NCBI GenBank assembly: GCA_963667015.2
Contig: CAXXJJ010000004.1
Span: forward strand, 1,120,001 to 1,184,000
DNA from: Desulfatiglandales bacterium
Lineage (GTDB): Bacteria > Desulfobacterota > DSM-4660 > Desulfatiglandales > HGW-15
Length of the DNA stretch: 64,000 nucleotides
Direction of reading: 5' to 3'
Part shown: positions 19,842 through 30,177 of the stretch, piece by piece
Numbering within the stretch: the stretch's first letter is position 1
Layout of the letters: each line of letters starts with the position of its first letter
Translations under genes and position numbers: made by a program
The notes under the pieces: model-generated
Databases searched by the model: none
Told to the model about the DNA's origin: nothing
What the model saw: the letters and a program-made list of their open reading frames with translations, nothing else

Positions 19842-22397
19842 TTAGAAATCAAAGGTAACTGTAAGAGAATATGTCCTGGGTGCAATATAAGTACCCGAGG
19901 CATAACCAGTGTAAGGCTTACCTCCATACACGGCAAAATAGTCACCCAGATCGGTATAACTAATGCTTGCCAGGTGCTCGCTTCCAAATACGTTGTTGGC
20001 AGAGAGCCTTGCTGTCCATCTTGTGCCTTCAGGAACCCAGCGGCTTGAATTGTATGAAAGTGCTGCATCCATTGTCCAGTAGGCAGGTGTACGGGGCTTA
20101 TTATACTGGTTATCTGTAAACTTCAGCATTATCTGGGGCAGTGCCTTGCCATTATAGTAGGCAGTTGTATTAAAAGAAAGCATATCCATACCGATAAATT
20201 CTGTATGGTTATAGCCCACGTTAAAACGATAGGGAGCTTCTCCGAATCTCTCCCCGTCAAGGCTGTTGTAAAGTTCCGGATCCAACCGCGCATTATCTGC
20301 ATTAGGGTACTGTTCCAGAATAGCTGCACCTATATTATAATCCTTATACTCATTCTTTGTGTATGAGCCGTTGAACGTAAATGTATCCTTTGCAGTCATA
20401 AGATATATAACGTTCAGATTTGCACCCATCTGTTTTGCCCCGCCGGGTGATACATTGATAGAATTGGCATCCTGCTCGTCTACGTAATCCCATTTGCTAA
20501 TAGCTTGATCAATGCCGCCGGCATCTCTACCTTCTGGATCGGAACCAATATCATAACATACACCGTTGGGGCTTACTGCAGGAATCATAGAGCCTGGGTT
20601 ATTTGGATCTTCTACCATCGGCGCTGGTCCGTCAGCCGGATAGGCACAATAGACAGCTGTTGTCCACTTTGTATAGTTTTTGTAATCGTAAAAATATCCG
20701 GTACCATTAACCTGTAACCGGTTGTCCAGGAAACGCGTTTTAAAACCGAACTCATAATCATCCATCAGCTCAGGAGGGCTTATCCTACCACCGTAATTGA
20801 AATTTCCGGTCTTGTAACCCTTTGAATACTGTACAAAGGTCATAACGTCATCTGTTATAGCCCAGTTTAAATTTATCTTGTATACGTTTTCATTCCAGTC
20901 TACCTTTCGATAAGGTACATCAACATCAGAAGTTATATAATCGCCGTTATACTCCTTTTCATCCATAGCACGACGATAACCTAGTGACAGATTCCAGTTA
21001 TCAAAAATCTCATATGCTGCCTGCGCAAAAAGACCGTATGATCTGGTTTTTATGTTAACCCAGTAGTTGGCGCCAAGATCATTAATTTCGTCTGTTTCAT
21101 CATCCTGCCCCATAGCGCCAACAACCCACTCATATTTGCTTCCATTGTTTATGGTTTCCTTTGAAAGCAGACGCACTTCCAGAGAATCAGTTTCGCCCTT
21201 TGAGACAGAATGTGAATACAGATATGGCTCCCGAGTAAGCATTCCAACATAGGTAATTACCCTTCGACCATACTCATCCAATGGGCTTTTCGTGATTGCA
21301 GTCGTCCCATCGTCAAGAGTAGCAAAGGGAGAAAGCATTGCATAACCATACATATATGCCAACTCTTCTTCCAGTTCACGATGACCATAAAGAGCCACTC
21401 CATATCCGAAGGAAAATTCTCTTTCCCACTGAGCCATATAACCTGATGAATGATTAAAAACCCCGCCTTGACTTAAAGTATTCCCCTTGTACCATCTGGT
21501 CTTGTATGGAAGTTCTAAAACAGTAGTATTTTCTGTTGTCCATGGGGAAATAGGCAGTATCTCAACTCCTCCGAATGTTGAAAAGTAAGAACCGCTGTTG
21601 CCATAACCATTGGAGTCAGATTTTTCCCTGTCATATGTCAGGGTAATAGTATCTTTATCAGTAGGCTCCCATGTCATAGATATTCGGCCGCTTTTGTTTT
21701 CACTTGAACCGTCTCCTGCATCACTGTAGCCGCCTTTTCTTATCCAGCGACCGGCAACACGGAAAGCCAGCTTATCCATGGCAGGAATATTTAAGGCACC
21801 CTCTCCTCTTCGAAGATTATAATTACCCTCTTCATAAGTGAGGTGACCGCCAAATTCACCAAGAATTGGCTTCTGGCTCGTAATATTCATACTTCCGGCT
21901 GTTGATCCGCGGCCATAAAGAGTGCCCTGGGGGCCTTTAAGGACTTCAACTCTCTGAAGGTCAAAAAACAGATTGTCAAATCCGTTTGCCCTGGTAAGCT
22001 GGACACCATCTATGTGCACAGCGGTTGTTGTTTCATGGATGGGGTTCCACAATGTATCTGCTGCGCCACCCACACCGCGAATACTGATCATTACCTGGTT
22101 ACCCGTCTGTGTACTGGTGTTTAAATCGGGAATTACCTTCTTAAGGTCATATACCGAATATACACCCGAACGGTCCATATCATCCGGCCTTACTACAGTT
22201 ATATCCATAGGCACTTTCTGTAATTGGGCCTCTCTTTTTTCTGCTGTTACAGTGATTTCCTCGAGTGTAAACTCTTCTTCCTCATCTTCACCTTCCTGGG
22301 CAAACAAATCGCTTGAAGTACTCATCAATAAAACGATGAACAGAATAAAGCATGAAATAATACATTTTTTAAGACATAAATCAATTTTAATGCTCAT
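19842..22397 (-). CDS. TonB-dependent receptor, copy B
   Basis: Signal peptide, TonB box LEEITVTA, plug motif RVEVLKGPQGTLYG, C-terminal F; ATG 22397 after GGAGG. Confidence 0.92.
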   Translation of the reverse strand: MSIKIDLCLKKCIISCFILFIVLLMSTSSDLFAQEGEDEEEEFTLEEITVTAEKREAQLQKVPMDITVVRPDDMDRSGVYSVYDLKKVIPDLNTSTQTGNQVMISIRGVGGAADTLWNPIHETTTAVHIDGVQLTRANGFDNLFFDLQRVEVLKGPQGTLYGRGSTAGSMNITSQKPILGEFGGHLTYEEGNYNLRRGEGALNIPAMDKLAFRVAGRWIRKGGYSDAGDGSSENKSGRISMTWEPTDKDTITLTYDREKSDSNGYGNSGSYFSTFGGVEILPISPWTTENTTVLELPYKTRWYKGNTLSQGGVFNHSSGYMAQWEREFSFGYGVALYGHRELEEELAYMYGYAMLSPFATLDDGTTAITKSPLDEYGRRVITYVGMLTREPYLYSHSVSKGETDSLEVRLLSKETINNGSKYEWVVGAMGQDDETDEINDLGANYWVNIKTRSYGLFAQAAYEIFDNWNLSLGYRRAMDEKEYNGDYITSDVDVPYRKVDWNENVYKINLNWAITDDVMTFVQYSKGYKTGNFNYGGRISPPELMDDYEFGFKTRFLDNRLQVNGTGYFYDYKNYTKWTTAVYCAYPADGPAPMVEDPNNPGSMIPAVSPNGVCYDIGSDPEGRDAGGIDQAISKWDYVDEQDANSINVSPGGAKQMGANLNVIYLMTAKDTFTFNGSYTKNEYKDYNIGAAILEQYPNADNARLDPELYNSLDGERFGEAPYRFNVGYNHTEFIGMDMLSFNTTAYYNGKALPQIMLKFTDNQYNKPRTPAYWTMDAALSYNSSRWVPEGTRWTARLSANNVFGSEHLASISYTDLGDYFAVYGGKPYTGYASGTYIAPRTYSLTVTFDF

Positions 22398-22850
22398 GAA
22401 ATTCCTCCATTTAATAAAATTAATAGATGTAAAATGCAAACATTCCCCTTCCAAAAAACCCAATGAAATAATGCCTTAAGCTGAATGGCAATATTCATTA
22501 CAAAATACACCTTCGAACAGGACGCATTAAGCATAATTTGTCCTTAACGAGGGTATAATTTCAGAAAATTGATGAAGAAGTGTCTAAAGATTTGTTGATA
22601 TTTGGTCGCTTTTAGAAAATCCCAGCAACTATAATGTTGAAGAGAGAAAGTCTGTAAAGCTTAAATCCATAAATCAATGAATCAATAGCACAATTTCGCT
22701 TAGATCGAACTGTCCTCTTCCAAATTACAGGACTTCAACATTAACTTGGTACGCCTCATATGGCGGGGTTAATAAACCCAGTGCCTAGCCTCTTTTAAAT
22801 CTAAGCAATGTTTACCTTTTAAGATTAATTAAAATAAAAATCAAGGTATA
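22398..22850 (-). promoter_or_regulatory. long structured 5' leader of receptor copy B
   Basis: Alignable with 25690-26140; conserved hairpins with compensatory changes. Confidence 0.55.
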
Positions 22851-23133
22851 TTTTGTATAAGCGACCATCTCATACAAGGGTACATACAATTTATATTTAT
22901 GCTTTTTTATTTATTTTTACTTTAATCTAGCTAAATAAATTTAATTAAAGCAATAAAGGAGAGGTGATATTTAAAAAAAATAACAGGAAAGTTGAAATTA
23001 AAACGACATATTTAATAATAATTAAAGAAGGACCGGTCTTGTGACTATAATAATGCACCGAATGGCCAAAGACCAGTCCTAAAAAACAGTTTATGAGAAA
23101 TACAAGTTCATTAAACTGTCAAAGATTTACCTA

Positions 23134-25689
23134 CTAGAAATCAAAGGTAACTGTAAGAGAATATGTCCTGGGTGCAATATAAGTACCCGAGGCATAACCA
23201 GTGTAAGGCTTACCTCCATACACGGCAAAATAGTCACCCAGATCGGTATAACTAATGCTTGCCAGGTGCTCGCTTCCAAATACGTTGTTGGCAGAGAGCC
23301 TTGCTGTCCATCTTGTGCCTTCAGGAACCCAGCGGCTTGAATTGTATGAAAGTGCTGCATCCATTGTCCAGTAGGCAGGTGTACGGGGCTTATTATACTG
23401 GTTATCTGTAAACTTCAGCATTATCTGGGGCAGTGCCTTGCCATTATAGTAGGCAGTTGTATTAAAAGAAAGCATATCCATACCGATAAATTCTGTATGG
23501 TTATAGCCCACGTTAAAACGATAGGGAGCTTCTCCGAATCTCTCCCCGTCAAGGCTGTTGTAAAGTTCCGGATCCAACCGCGCATTATCTGCATTAGGGT
23601 ACTGTTCAAGAATAGCTGCAGCAATATTATAATCCTTATACTCATTCTTTGTGTATGAGCCGTTGAACGTAAATGTATCCTTTGCGGTCATAAGATATAT
23701 AACGTTCAGGTTTGCACCCATCTGTTTTGCCCCGCCGGGTGATACATTGATAGAATTGGCATCCTTCTCGTCTATGTAATCCCATTTGCTAATAGCTTGA
23801 TCAATGCCGCCGGCATTCCTACCTTCCGGATCGGAAGCTATATCATAACATACACCGTTGGGGCTTACTGCAGGAATCATAGAGCCTGGGTTATCCGGAT
23901 CTTCTACCATGGGCGCTGGTCCGTCAGCCGGATATGCACAATAGACAGCTGTTGTCCACTTTGTATAGTTTTTGTAATCGTAAAAATATCCGGTACCATT
24001 AACCTGTAACCGGTTGTCCAGGAAACGCGTTTTAAAACCGAACTCATAATCATCCATCAGCTCAGGAGGGCTTATCCTACCACCGTAATTGAAATTTCCG
24101 GTCTTGTAACCCTTTGAATACTGTACAAAGGTCATAACGTCATCTGTTATAGCCCAGTTTAAATTTATCTTGTATACGTTTTCATTCCAGTCTGCTTTTC
24201 GATAAGGTACATCAACATCAGAAGTTATATAATCGCCGTTATACTCCTTTTCATCCATGGCACGACGATAACCTAGTGACAGATTCCAGTTATCGAGAAT
24301 CTCATATGCGACCTGCCCAAAAAGACCGTATGATCTGGTTTTTATGTTAACCCAGTAGTTGGCGCCAAGATCATTAATTTCGTCTGTTTCATCATCCTGC
24401 CCCATAGCGCCAACAACCCACTCATATCTGTCTCCATTGTTTATGGTCTCCTTTGAAAGCAGACGCACTTCCAGAGAATCAGTTTCGCCCTTTGAGATAG
24501 AATGTGAATACAGATATGGCTCCTGGGTCAGCATTCCAAGATACTTAATTACCCTATTGCCATCCTCATCCACTGGGTTTTTCGTTATTGCAAGCGTCCC
24601 ATCATCAAGAGTGGCAAAGGGAGAAAGTATTGCATAACCATACATATATGCCAACTCTTCATTCAGTTTACGATGCCCGTAAATAGCCACTCCATATCCG
24701 AAGGAAAATTCTCTTTCCCACTGAGCCATATAACCTGATGAATGATTAAAAACCCCGCCTTCATCCAAAAGATTCCCCTTGTACCATCTGGTCTTGTATG
24801 GAAGCTCTAAAACAGTAGTATTTTCTGTTGTCCATGGGGAAAAAGGCAGTATCTCAAGTCCTCCGAATGTTGAAGAGTAAGAACCGCTGTTGCCATAACC
24901 ATTGGAGTCAGATTTTTCCCTGTCGTATGTCAGGGTAATAGTATCTTTATCAGTAGGCTCCCATGTCATAGATATTCGGCCGCTTTTGTTTTCACTTGAA
25001 CCGTCTCCTGCATCACTGTAGCCGCCTTTTCTTATCCAGCGACCGGCAACACGGAAAGCCAGCTTATCCATGGCAGGAATATTTAAGGCACCCTCTCCTC
25101 TTCGAAGATTATAATTACCCTCTTCATAAGTGAGGTGACCGCCAAATTCACCAAGAATTGGCTTCTGGCTCGTAATATTCATACTTCCGGCTGTTGATCC
25201 GCGGCCATAAAGAGTGCCCTGGGGGCCTTTAAGGACTTCAACTCTCTGAAGGTCAAAAAACAGATTGTCAAATCCGTTTGCCCTGGTAAGCTGGACACCA
25301 TCTATGTGCACAGCGGTTGTTGTTTCATGGATGGGGTTCCACAATGTATCTGCTGCGCCACCCACACCGCGAATACTGATCATTACCTGGTTACCCGTCT
25401 GTGTACTGGTGTTTAAATCGGGAATTACCTTCTTAAGGTCATATACCGAATATACACCCGAACGGTCCATATCATCCGGCCTTACTACAGTTATATCCAT
25501 AGGCACTTTCTGTAATTGGGCCTCTCTTTTTTCTGCTGTTACAGTGATTTCCTCGAGTGTAAACTCTTCTTCCTCATCTTCACCATCCTGGGCAAACAAA
25601 TCGCTTGCAGTGCTCATAAAAAAAACGATGAGCAGAGCAAAGCATGAAAAAATACTTTTTTTACGCCATAATCCGATTTTAATGCTCAT
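23134..25689 (-). CDS. TonB-dependent receptor, copy A (tandem paralog)
   Basis: Near-identical to copy B; start and stop both offset by exactly 3292 bp. Confidence 0.92.
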   Translation of the reverse strand: MSIKIGLWRKKSIFSCFALLIVFFMSTASDLFAQDGEDEEEEFTLEEITVTAEKREAQLQKVPMDITVVRPDDMDRSGVYSVYDLKKVIPDLNTSTQTGNQVMISIRGVGGAADTLWNPIHETTTAVHIDGVQLTRANGFDNLFFDLQRVEVLKGPQGTLYGRGSTAGSMNITSQKPILGEFGGHLTYEEGNYNLRRGEGALNIPAMDKLAFRVAGRWIRKGGYSDAGDGSSENKSGRISMTWEPTDKDTITLTYDREKSDSNGYGNSGSYSSTFGGLEILPFSPWTTENTTVLELPYKTRWYKGNLLDEGGVFNHSSGYMAQWEREFSFGYGVAIYGHRKLNEELAYMYGYAILSPFATLDDGTLAITKNPVDEDGNRVIKYLGMLTQEPYLYSHSISKGETDSLEVRLLSKETINNGDRYEWVVGAMGQDDETDEINDLGANYWVNIKTRSYGLFGQVAYEILDNWNLSLGYRRAMDEKEYNGDYITSDVDVPYRKADWNENVYKINLNWAITDDVMTFVQYSKGYKTGNFNYGGRISPPELMDDYEFGFKTRFLDNRLQVNGTGYFYDYKNYTKWTTAVYCAYPADGPAPMVEDPDNPGSMIPAVSPNGVCYDIASDPEGRNAGGIDQAISKWDYIDEKDANSINVSPGGAKQMGANLNVIYLMTAKDTFTFNGSYTKNEYKDYNIAAAILEQYPNADNARLDPELYNSLDGERFGEAPYRFNVGYNHTEFIGMDMLSFNTTAYYNGKALPQIMLKFTDNQYNKPRTPAYWTMDAALSYNSSRWVPEGTRWTARLSANNVFGSEHLASISYTDLGDYFAVYGGKPYTGYASGTYIAPRTYSLTVTFDF

Positions 25690-26140
25690 GAAACTCCTCC
25701 ATTTAAAAAAATAATAGATGTAAAATGCAAACATTCCCCTTACAAAAACCCAAAGAAATAATGCCTTAAGCTGAAAGGCAATATTCATTACAAAATACAC
25801 CAGCGAACAGGACGCATAAGCATACTTCGTCCTTAACGACGGTATAATTTCTGATAAATTATGCCTGACTAACTATGATTTGTTGATATTTGGTTGCAAT
25901 AGAAAATCTCAGCAACAAGGTAGTTGAAGAGGAAAATCTGTAAAGCTTAAGACCATAAATCAATGAATCAATAGCACATTTTATTTTGCTTAGAGCGAAC
26001 TGCCCTGATCTGTATTTCAGGGCTCCATCACGAACTTGGTACGCCACATGTGGCGGGGTTAATAAACCCAGTGCATAGCATCAGTATAATCTAAGCAATG
26101 TTATTCTTTTAAGATTAATCGAAATAAAAATCAAGGTTTA
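25690..26140 (-). promoter_or_regulatory. long structured 5' leader of receptor copy A
   Basis: Multi-stem fold closed by TTGCTTAGA (25986-25994)/TCTAAGCAA (26090-26098). Confidence 0.55.
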
Positions 26141-26389
26141 TTTTGCACAAAACGATCATTTTTTTAAAAACTACGATTATCTAATACGTTTGCTTGTGAA
26201 TAGCAGAACTTATGGCCACATTCAGACAAATTTAGACTCACCTTTTCATTTCCATACCAAGCCGGATGAGGATACTGCGATATAATTTGTTATTTATAAT
26301 CAGCGGTGTTAAAAAGCCTTTTTTTAACCTGATAAACAGCATTTTATTTTATCAATGGTTCTGATAATAACCTGTCAGTGTGAGTAAAT

Positions 26390-26743
26390 ATGAATCGCAT
26401 TTTTATTACAGTGGCGCTGCTTTGCTGCAGTAATATCTTTATGACTTTTGCCTGGTATGGGCACCTTAAAAACCTTAATCATAAACCATGGATAATCGCC
26501 GCACTGATAAGCTGGGGAATCGCTTTATTTGAATACCTGCTGCAGGTCCCGGCAAATAGAATCGGTCACTCGGCATTGTCAGTAGGGCAATTAAAAATAT
26601 TGCAGGAAGTAATTACTTTATTGGTATTTGTCCCTTTCTCTGCCATTTTTTTAAGAGAAAAGATGACACTGGACTACTTATGGGCAGGGATATGCCTGAT
26701 GGGGGCAGTGTTTTTTATTTTTCGAAGCAGGATATTCGGATAA
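26390..26743 (+). CDS. DMT superfamily small membrane protein (DUF486-like)
   Basis: SNIFMTFAWYGHLK, SWGIALFEYLLQVPANRIG, QLKILQEVITL. Confidence 0.85.
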   Translation: MNRIFITVALLCCSNIFMTFAWYGHLKNLNHKPWIIAALISWGIALFEYLLQVPANRIGHSALSVGQLKILQEVITLLVFVPFSAIFLREKMTLDYLWAGICLMGAVFFIFRSRIFG

Positions 26744-26789
26744 AACAGGGTACAGTAAATATATCCGCACCCTGTATAATACATATATT

Positions 26790-27665
26790 CTACTGACTCA
26801 TTTCACCATAGATAGTATCTACGAGTGAAGGCCACCTGCTTTGACCTGCGGGGATTCCGAATGCCTTTTTAATATCATCAAGGCTCTTTCCGGCCTTGAC
26901 CATTGCTTCTACTTTTTCACGTTTCTCCATTATGGACTTTTTGAGGTTTTCAATGTCCGCCTTTTCTACGGGTTCGGCATGACCGCTCAGATACTTATCA
27001 GCATTCAGATCAGCTATCTTTTGAAGCACATTTACAAACCCGGAAGATGAACCGTTTTTATGCTTGTGAATAAGAGGATCCATTCCCTTAAAAAAGAGGT
27101 CGCCTGTAACAGCAACCCTGTCTCCTGGAATATATATGGCTATATTACCATCAGTGTGTGCCGGTCCGAAATAGAAAAGGTTCATCTCCAGATCCCCATC
27201 AGTAATATTCATTTGATCAATAAAGGTAATATTGGGCACTGCAATCTTAACATCTCCGGCCTCATTGGCCTTTACAATATCCTCAGCGGAATTTTTATGG
27301 GCTATGATATCGATACCGCGTGGAAATCCGGGAATTCCATTAACATGGTCTCCATCACTGTGGGTCAGGATGAGATACTTTATGGGTTTATCAGTTACGT
27401 TTCTGATTGCATCGAGCATATCTTTTGCTGACGGCTCAGTCATCTTGGCGTCGATCACATAGACCCCACCGGCTCCTGTTATAAAAGCACAATTGGCCCC
27501 TGCCCCTCCCTGAACATCATATACATGTTTACTTACCTGATGAATACTGACAGGAGCTTGCGGCTGCCTGTATTGGGGAGGCTGCTTTTTCTGCTGCCCA
27601 TAAGCCGGAAGCATAAATATTAAAAGGAAGATCCATAAAAGGGAGATTACTTTGTATTTTTTCAT
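26790..27665 (-). CDS. secreted MBL-fold metallo-hydrolase (cyclase-like)
   Basis: THSDGDHVNG, AHTDG, TGDL, SGH motifs; signal peptide. Confidence 0.85.
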   Translation of the reverse strand: MKKYKVISLLWIFLLIFMLPAYGQQKKQPPQYRQPQAPVSIHQVSKHVYDVQGGAGANCAFITGAGGVYVIDAKMTEPSAKDMLDAIRNVTDKPIKYLILTHSDGDHVNGIPGFPRGIDIIAHKNSAEDIVKANEAGDVKIAVPNITFIDQMNITDGDLEMNLFYFGPAHTDGNIAIYIPGDRVAVTGDLFFKGMDPLIHKHKNGSSSGFVNVLQKIADLNADKYLSGHAEPVEKADIENLKKSIMEKREKVEAMVKAGKSLDDIKKAFGIPAGQSRWPSLVDTIYGEMSQ

Positions 27666-27780
27666 TGTCTACACCCTCCGTTTCGGAAAACTAGGATATT
27701 AATTATTAGTATATAAATTCAGGACAAGCTGCTAATTCAGGATAAAGGGATTATAAACTCATTAATAAAAAATTCAAATA

Positions 27781-28173
27781 TCATTTATTCGACTGGAGGG
27801 GACGGTTGTCGGGTCATTATGTGTAGTTGATACTGTAAAACGAAACTATTCACAGATTGAAATGGATATCCTTGAAGCCTTTTCAAAGGCTGTCGCCCTG
27901 GAGGAGGAACGAAAACTATCCCAGGACAGGCTTACTTTATCAAATGAAGAACTTGTCAGGAAAAACAATGAAATTGAAGCTGCCTTAGCCAAGGTTAAAA
28001 CACTCAGCGGATTGTTGCCCATATGTTCCTCCTGCAAAAGAATCCGTGATGACAAAGGCTACTGGAATCAGATTGAAATCTATATTCGTGATCATTCCGA
28101 AGCAGAGTTCAGTCATTGTATGTGTCAGGAGTGTGCGGAAAAACTTTACCCCAATCTCCTTAAAAAGAGATAA
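27781..28173 (+). pseudogene. 5'-truncated GAF-domain signalling protein remnant
   Basis: In-frame upstream of ATG 27862: LEGTVVGSLCVVDTVKRNY (GAF C-terminal half) with stop at 27766; C-terminal LLPICSSCKRIRDDKGYW..SHCMC domain. Confidence 0.55.
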
Positions 28174-28419
28174 AAAAATTCCCGCATAGATAGCCTGCGA
28201 ATTCAAAGAAGAGTTTTTTATCAGGTTTTATATCTGAGCTCCTCTATTTCGAGCATAATATCTATAAAGCTTTCAATTCAATCCTGCTTTACTGATTAAC
28301 TGATTTAAAAAAAATGGCTTCCCAAATCCACAAAAATTATGTTTGGATCTCTAACAAATCGCGGAGTGACAAAGTAAGAGCAGAAATTAATCTCTATCCT
28401 GGTAAGCACCCTCACCCAT

Positions 28420-28451
28420 AAAAAAAGCCTGCTTTTAGAAAGCAGGCTTTT
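28420..28451 (-). terminator. intrinsic terminator, originally downstream of tRNA-Leu
   Basis: AAAAGCCTGCT..AGCAGGCTTTT with a U run on the minus strand, just beyond the displaced tRNA 3' end. Confidence 0.75.
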
Positions 28452-28461
28452 GTAGTTTTAA

Positions 28462-28479
28462 TGGTGCCGGAGGTCGGAA
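28462..28479 (-). repeat. att site: displaced 3' end of tRNA-Leu including CCA
   Basis: TGCCGGAGGTCGGAA at 28465-28479 is identical to 42219-42233; this copy carries TGG (=CCA). Confidence 0.9.
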
Positions 28480-28934
28480 CTGAATGTGTATACAACTCCG
28501 AAGTGTAGCAAATCTATAAATACCTAATATCATTAATTATTACCATCAATGTTACTTCGGTCCTTTTGCCGTTGTGTATACAGGTTGTGGATACAAATGT
28601 GTATACAAAAGCTTCCGAAGTGTATTGAGATTAAAGATCACTGTCAACCTTCTTATTTAAAATCCATAAAGATAAACTACAAGAAAGGCTGTGGGGTTCA
28701 TTCTCACGGCCTTTTCTATTTCACGCAGTATATGAACCTTTTAAGGAGTTATCTTTCCGTTTCCTCCATGGTAGGCTTGGTCTACCATAAAACACGACCT
28801 TGCCCGTGTATAACTGCAAGGTAATTTCATAGCCGTTTATACGGCATTCTCCTTTCTGTCGGGCAGTCAGTAGGCTTTCTTATTCAACCATTGGTCTACT
28901 GGCTGTCCATCTCCTTCTTTTTCTATTATTTGAC

Positions 28935-29630
28935 CTAACAAATTTCAAAATAGTTAGTCGGATAAAGTGCTAAATACACATGAGAAAATCCGAGATTGGG
29001 GATTGAAAGCTTGTGGTAATTCGGGTGAAACATTCCAGATTCATATGTTTGATTAGCAACAATGAGTAATATAATCTCTGAATATTTTTGTTTATAGCCT
29101 TCCAGTTTAAAAGCCTTTCCTTTGATTTTTTTAAGTAAATCTTCTTTATAGAGTGGTTGAGATAAACCTACATGATTTTCTATAATACTCCATTTATCGT
29201 AATTACTGAATTTATCAGGTAGCCTGTCAATCCAAACATTCAAAAGGCATTTTTCATGAGGTTCAAACTCATATTCGATGGATTCACCAACCTTAATGTT
29301 GCTCTTAGTAATCAGCTCATCGATCATTAAAGAGTGATCAAAATCCAACTCTCCTCTCTGTATGGATATTTCAACCTCAATAGCTTTATTAGATAACTGA
29401 TAGTATTCCTTTGAGACAGCTGAAAGCCATGCGCTTCTTAAAGCCTCAGTTGTTTTCACAGGAGAACCTTTCTTCTTCTCTTTTTTAAATAAACCTGTAA
29501 CCTCTAATCCAATTGTTTTATCTGAAAATTCAATTTTAAAATCAGGTGCCTCATCCGCTACAATATTACATTTCCACCCTATTTTGTTAACAAACCACTC
29601 GACATAAAATTTTTCTTCACTTTTATTCAT
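28935..29630 (-). CDS. hypothetical protein with PD-(D/E)xK nuclease-like motif
   Basis: DEAPDFKIEFSDKTIGLEVT. Confidence 0.55.
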   Translation of the reverse strand: MNKSEEKFYVEWFVNKIGWKCNIVADEAPDFKIEFSDKTIGLEVTGLFKKEKKKGSPVKTTEALRSAWLSAVSKEYYQLSNKAIEVEISIQRGELDFDHSLMIDELITKSNIKVGESIEYEFEPHEKCLLNVWIDRLPDKFSNYDKWSIIENHVGLSQPLYKEDLLKKIKGKAFKLEGYKQKYSEIILLIVANQTYESGMFHPNYHKLSIPNLGFSHVYLALYPTNYFEIC

Positions 29631-29678
29631 GACTAATATTGATTAGTTAGAGGATTATCGAGATATTAACGCCACATT

Positions 29679-29957
29679 TTAAGTGGGAACATCAGGTTTA
29701 CTTTCCAATACTTCTTTGTTTATTCTATCTCTCTCAGACTTTTTACATTCTTCACTCCAAAATGTTAACACGAATGCAGGCGTAATCCAGAATAAAACAC
29801 CTATTGTGCCAGCGATAAACCAACCTGTTTGAGGCTGAAGCCATTGAATTAACTTAAAGCCTATAATAAATAAAAAGATTGCATAAATTATCAACCATAT
29901 CTTTCCGATAGTTCTAAATATAGTTTTTACTAATGTTGTATCAGACAAGGTATACAC
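29679..29957 (-). CDS. small two-TM membrane protein
   Basis: Two hydrophobic helices; GAGG near the start. Confidence 0.5.
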   Translation of the reverse strand: MYTLSDTTLVKTIFRTIGKIWLIIYAIFLFIIGFKLIQWLQPQTGWFIAGTIGVLFWITPAFVLTFWSEECKKSERDRINKEVLESKPDVPT

Positions 29958-30177
29958 CTCGCTATTATTGGTTGAGGTTGATTAAGATGGGAGCCATGAA
30001 TTAATTTATACCATAAAAATGTGAAGCGGTATACGTAAGATAGCTGTTAGGGTTTTCCCCCCGGGTGACCCCTCAAGCTTTACTACAGGCAGGACTTGAA
30101 GCTCACAGCAGGTGAAGCGAGTTGACCTATCTATATCTATAGGGCTTGAAGAGATAGCACTCACGTAAGGATAAACA

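Noticed and set aside
22398..22850. Cobalamin, TPP or c-di-GMP riboswitch ahead of the TonB receptor
   Set aside because: Hallmark motifs of these families were not found on the coding strand; kept as an unknown structured leader
21973..25714. Duplicated antisense ORFs within the two receptor genes
   Set aside because: Shadow ORFs duplicated simply because the sense genes are duplicated
28485..28607. Short TGTGTATACA repeats as a CRISPR array
   Set aside because: Repeats are only 10 bp with mostly 2-3-bp gaps, there are no spacers and no cas genes; better explained as integrase arm sites
28549..28824. 91-aa plus-strand ORF at the island end
   Set aside because: Runs across the att-arm repeats and a terminator-like hairpin; no RBS or recognisable motif
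30050..30075. CCCCCCGGGTGACCCC as a phage cos/packaging signal
   Set aside because: Only a superficial resemblance; no terminase or HNH gene in the element
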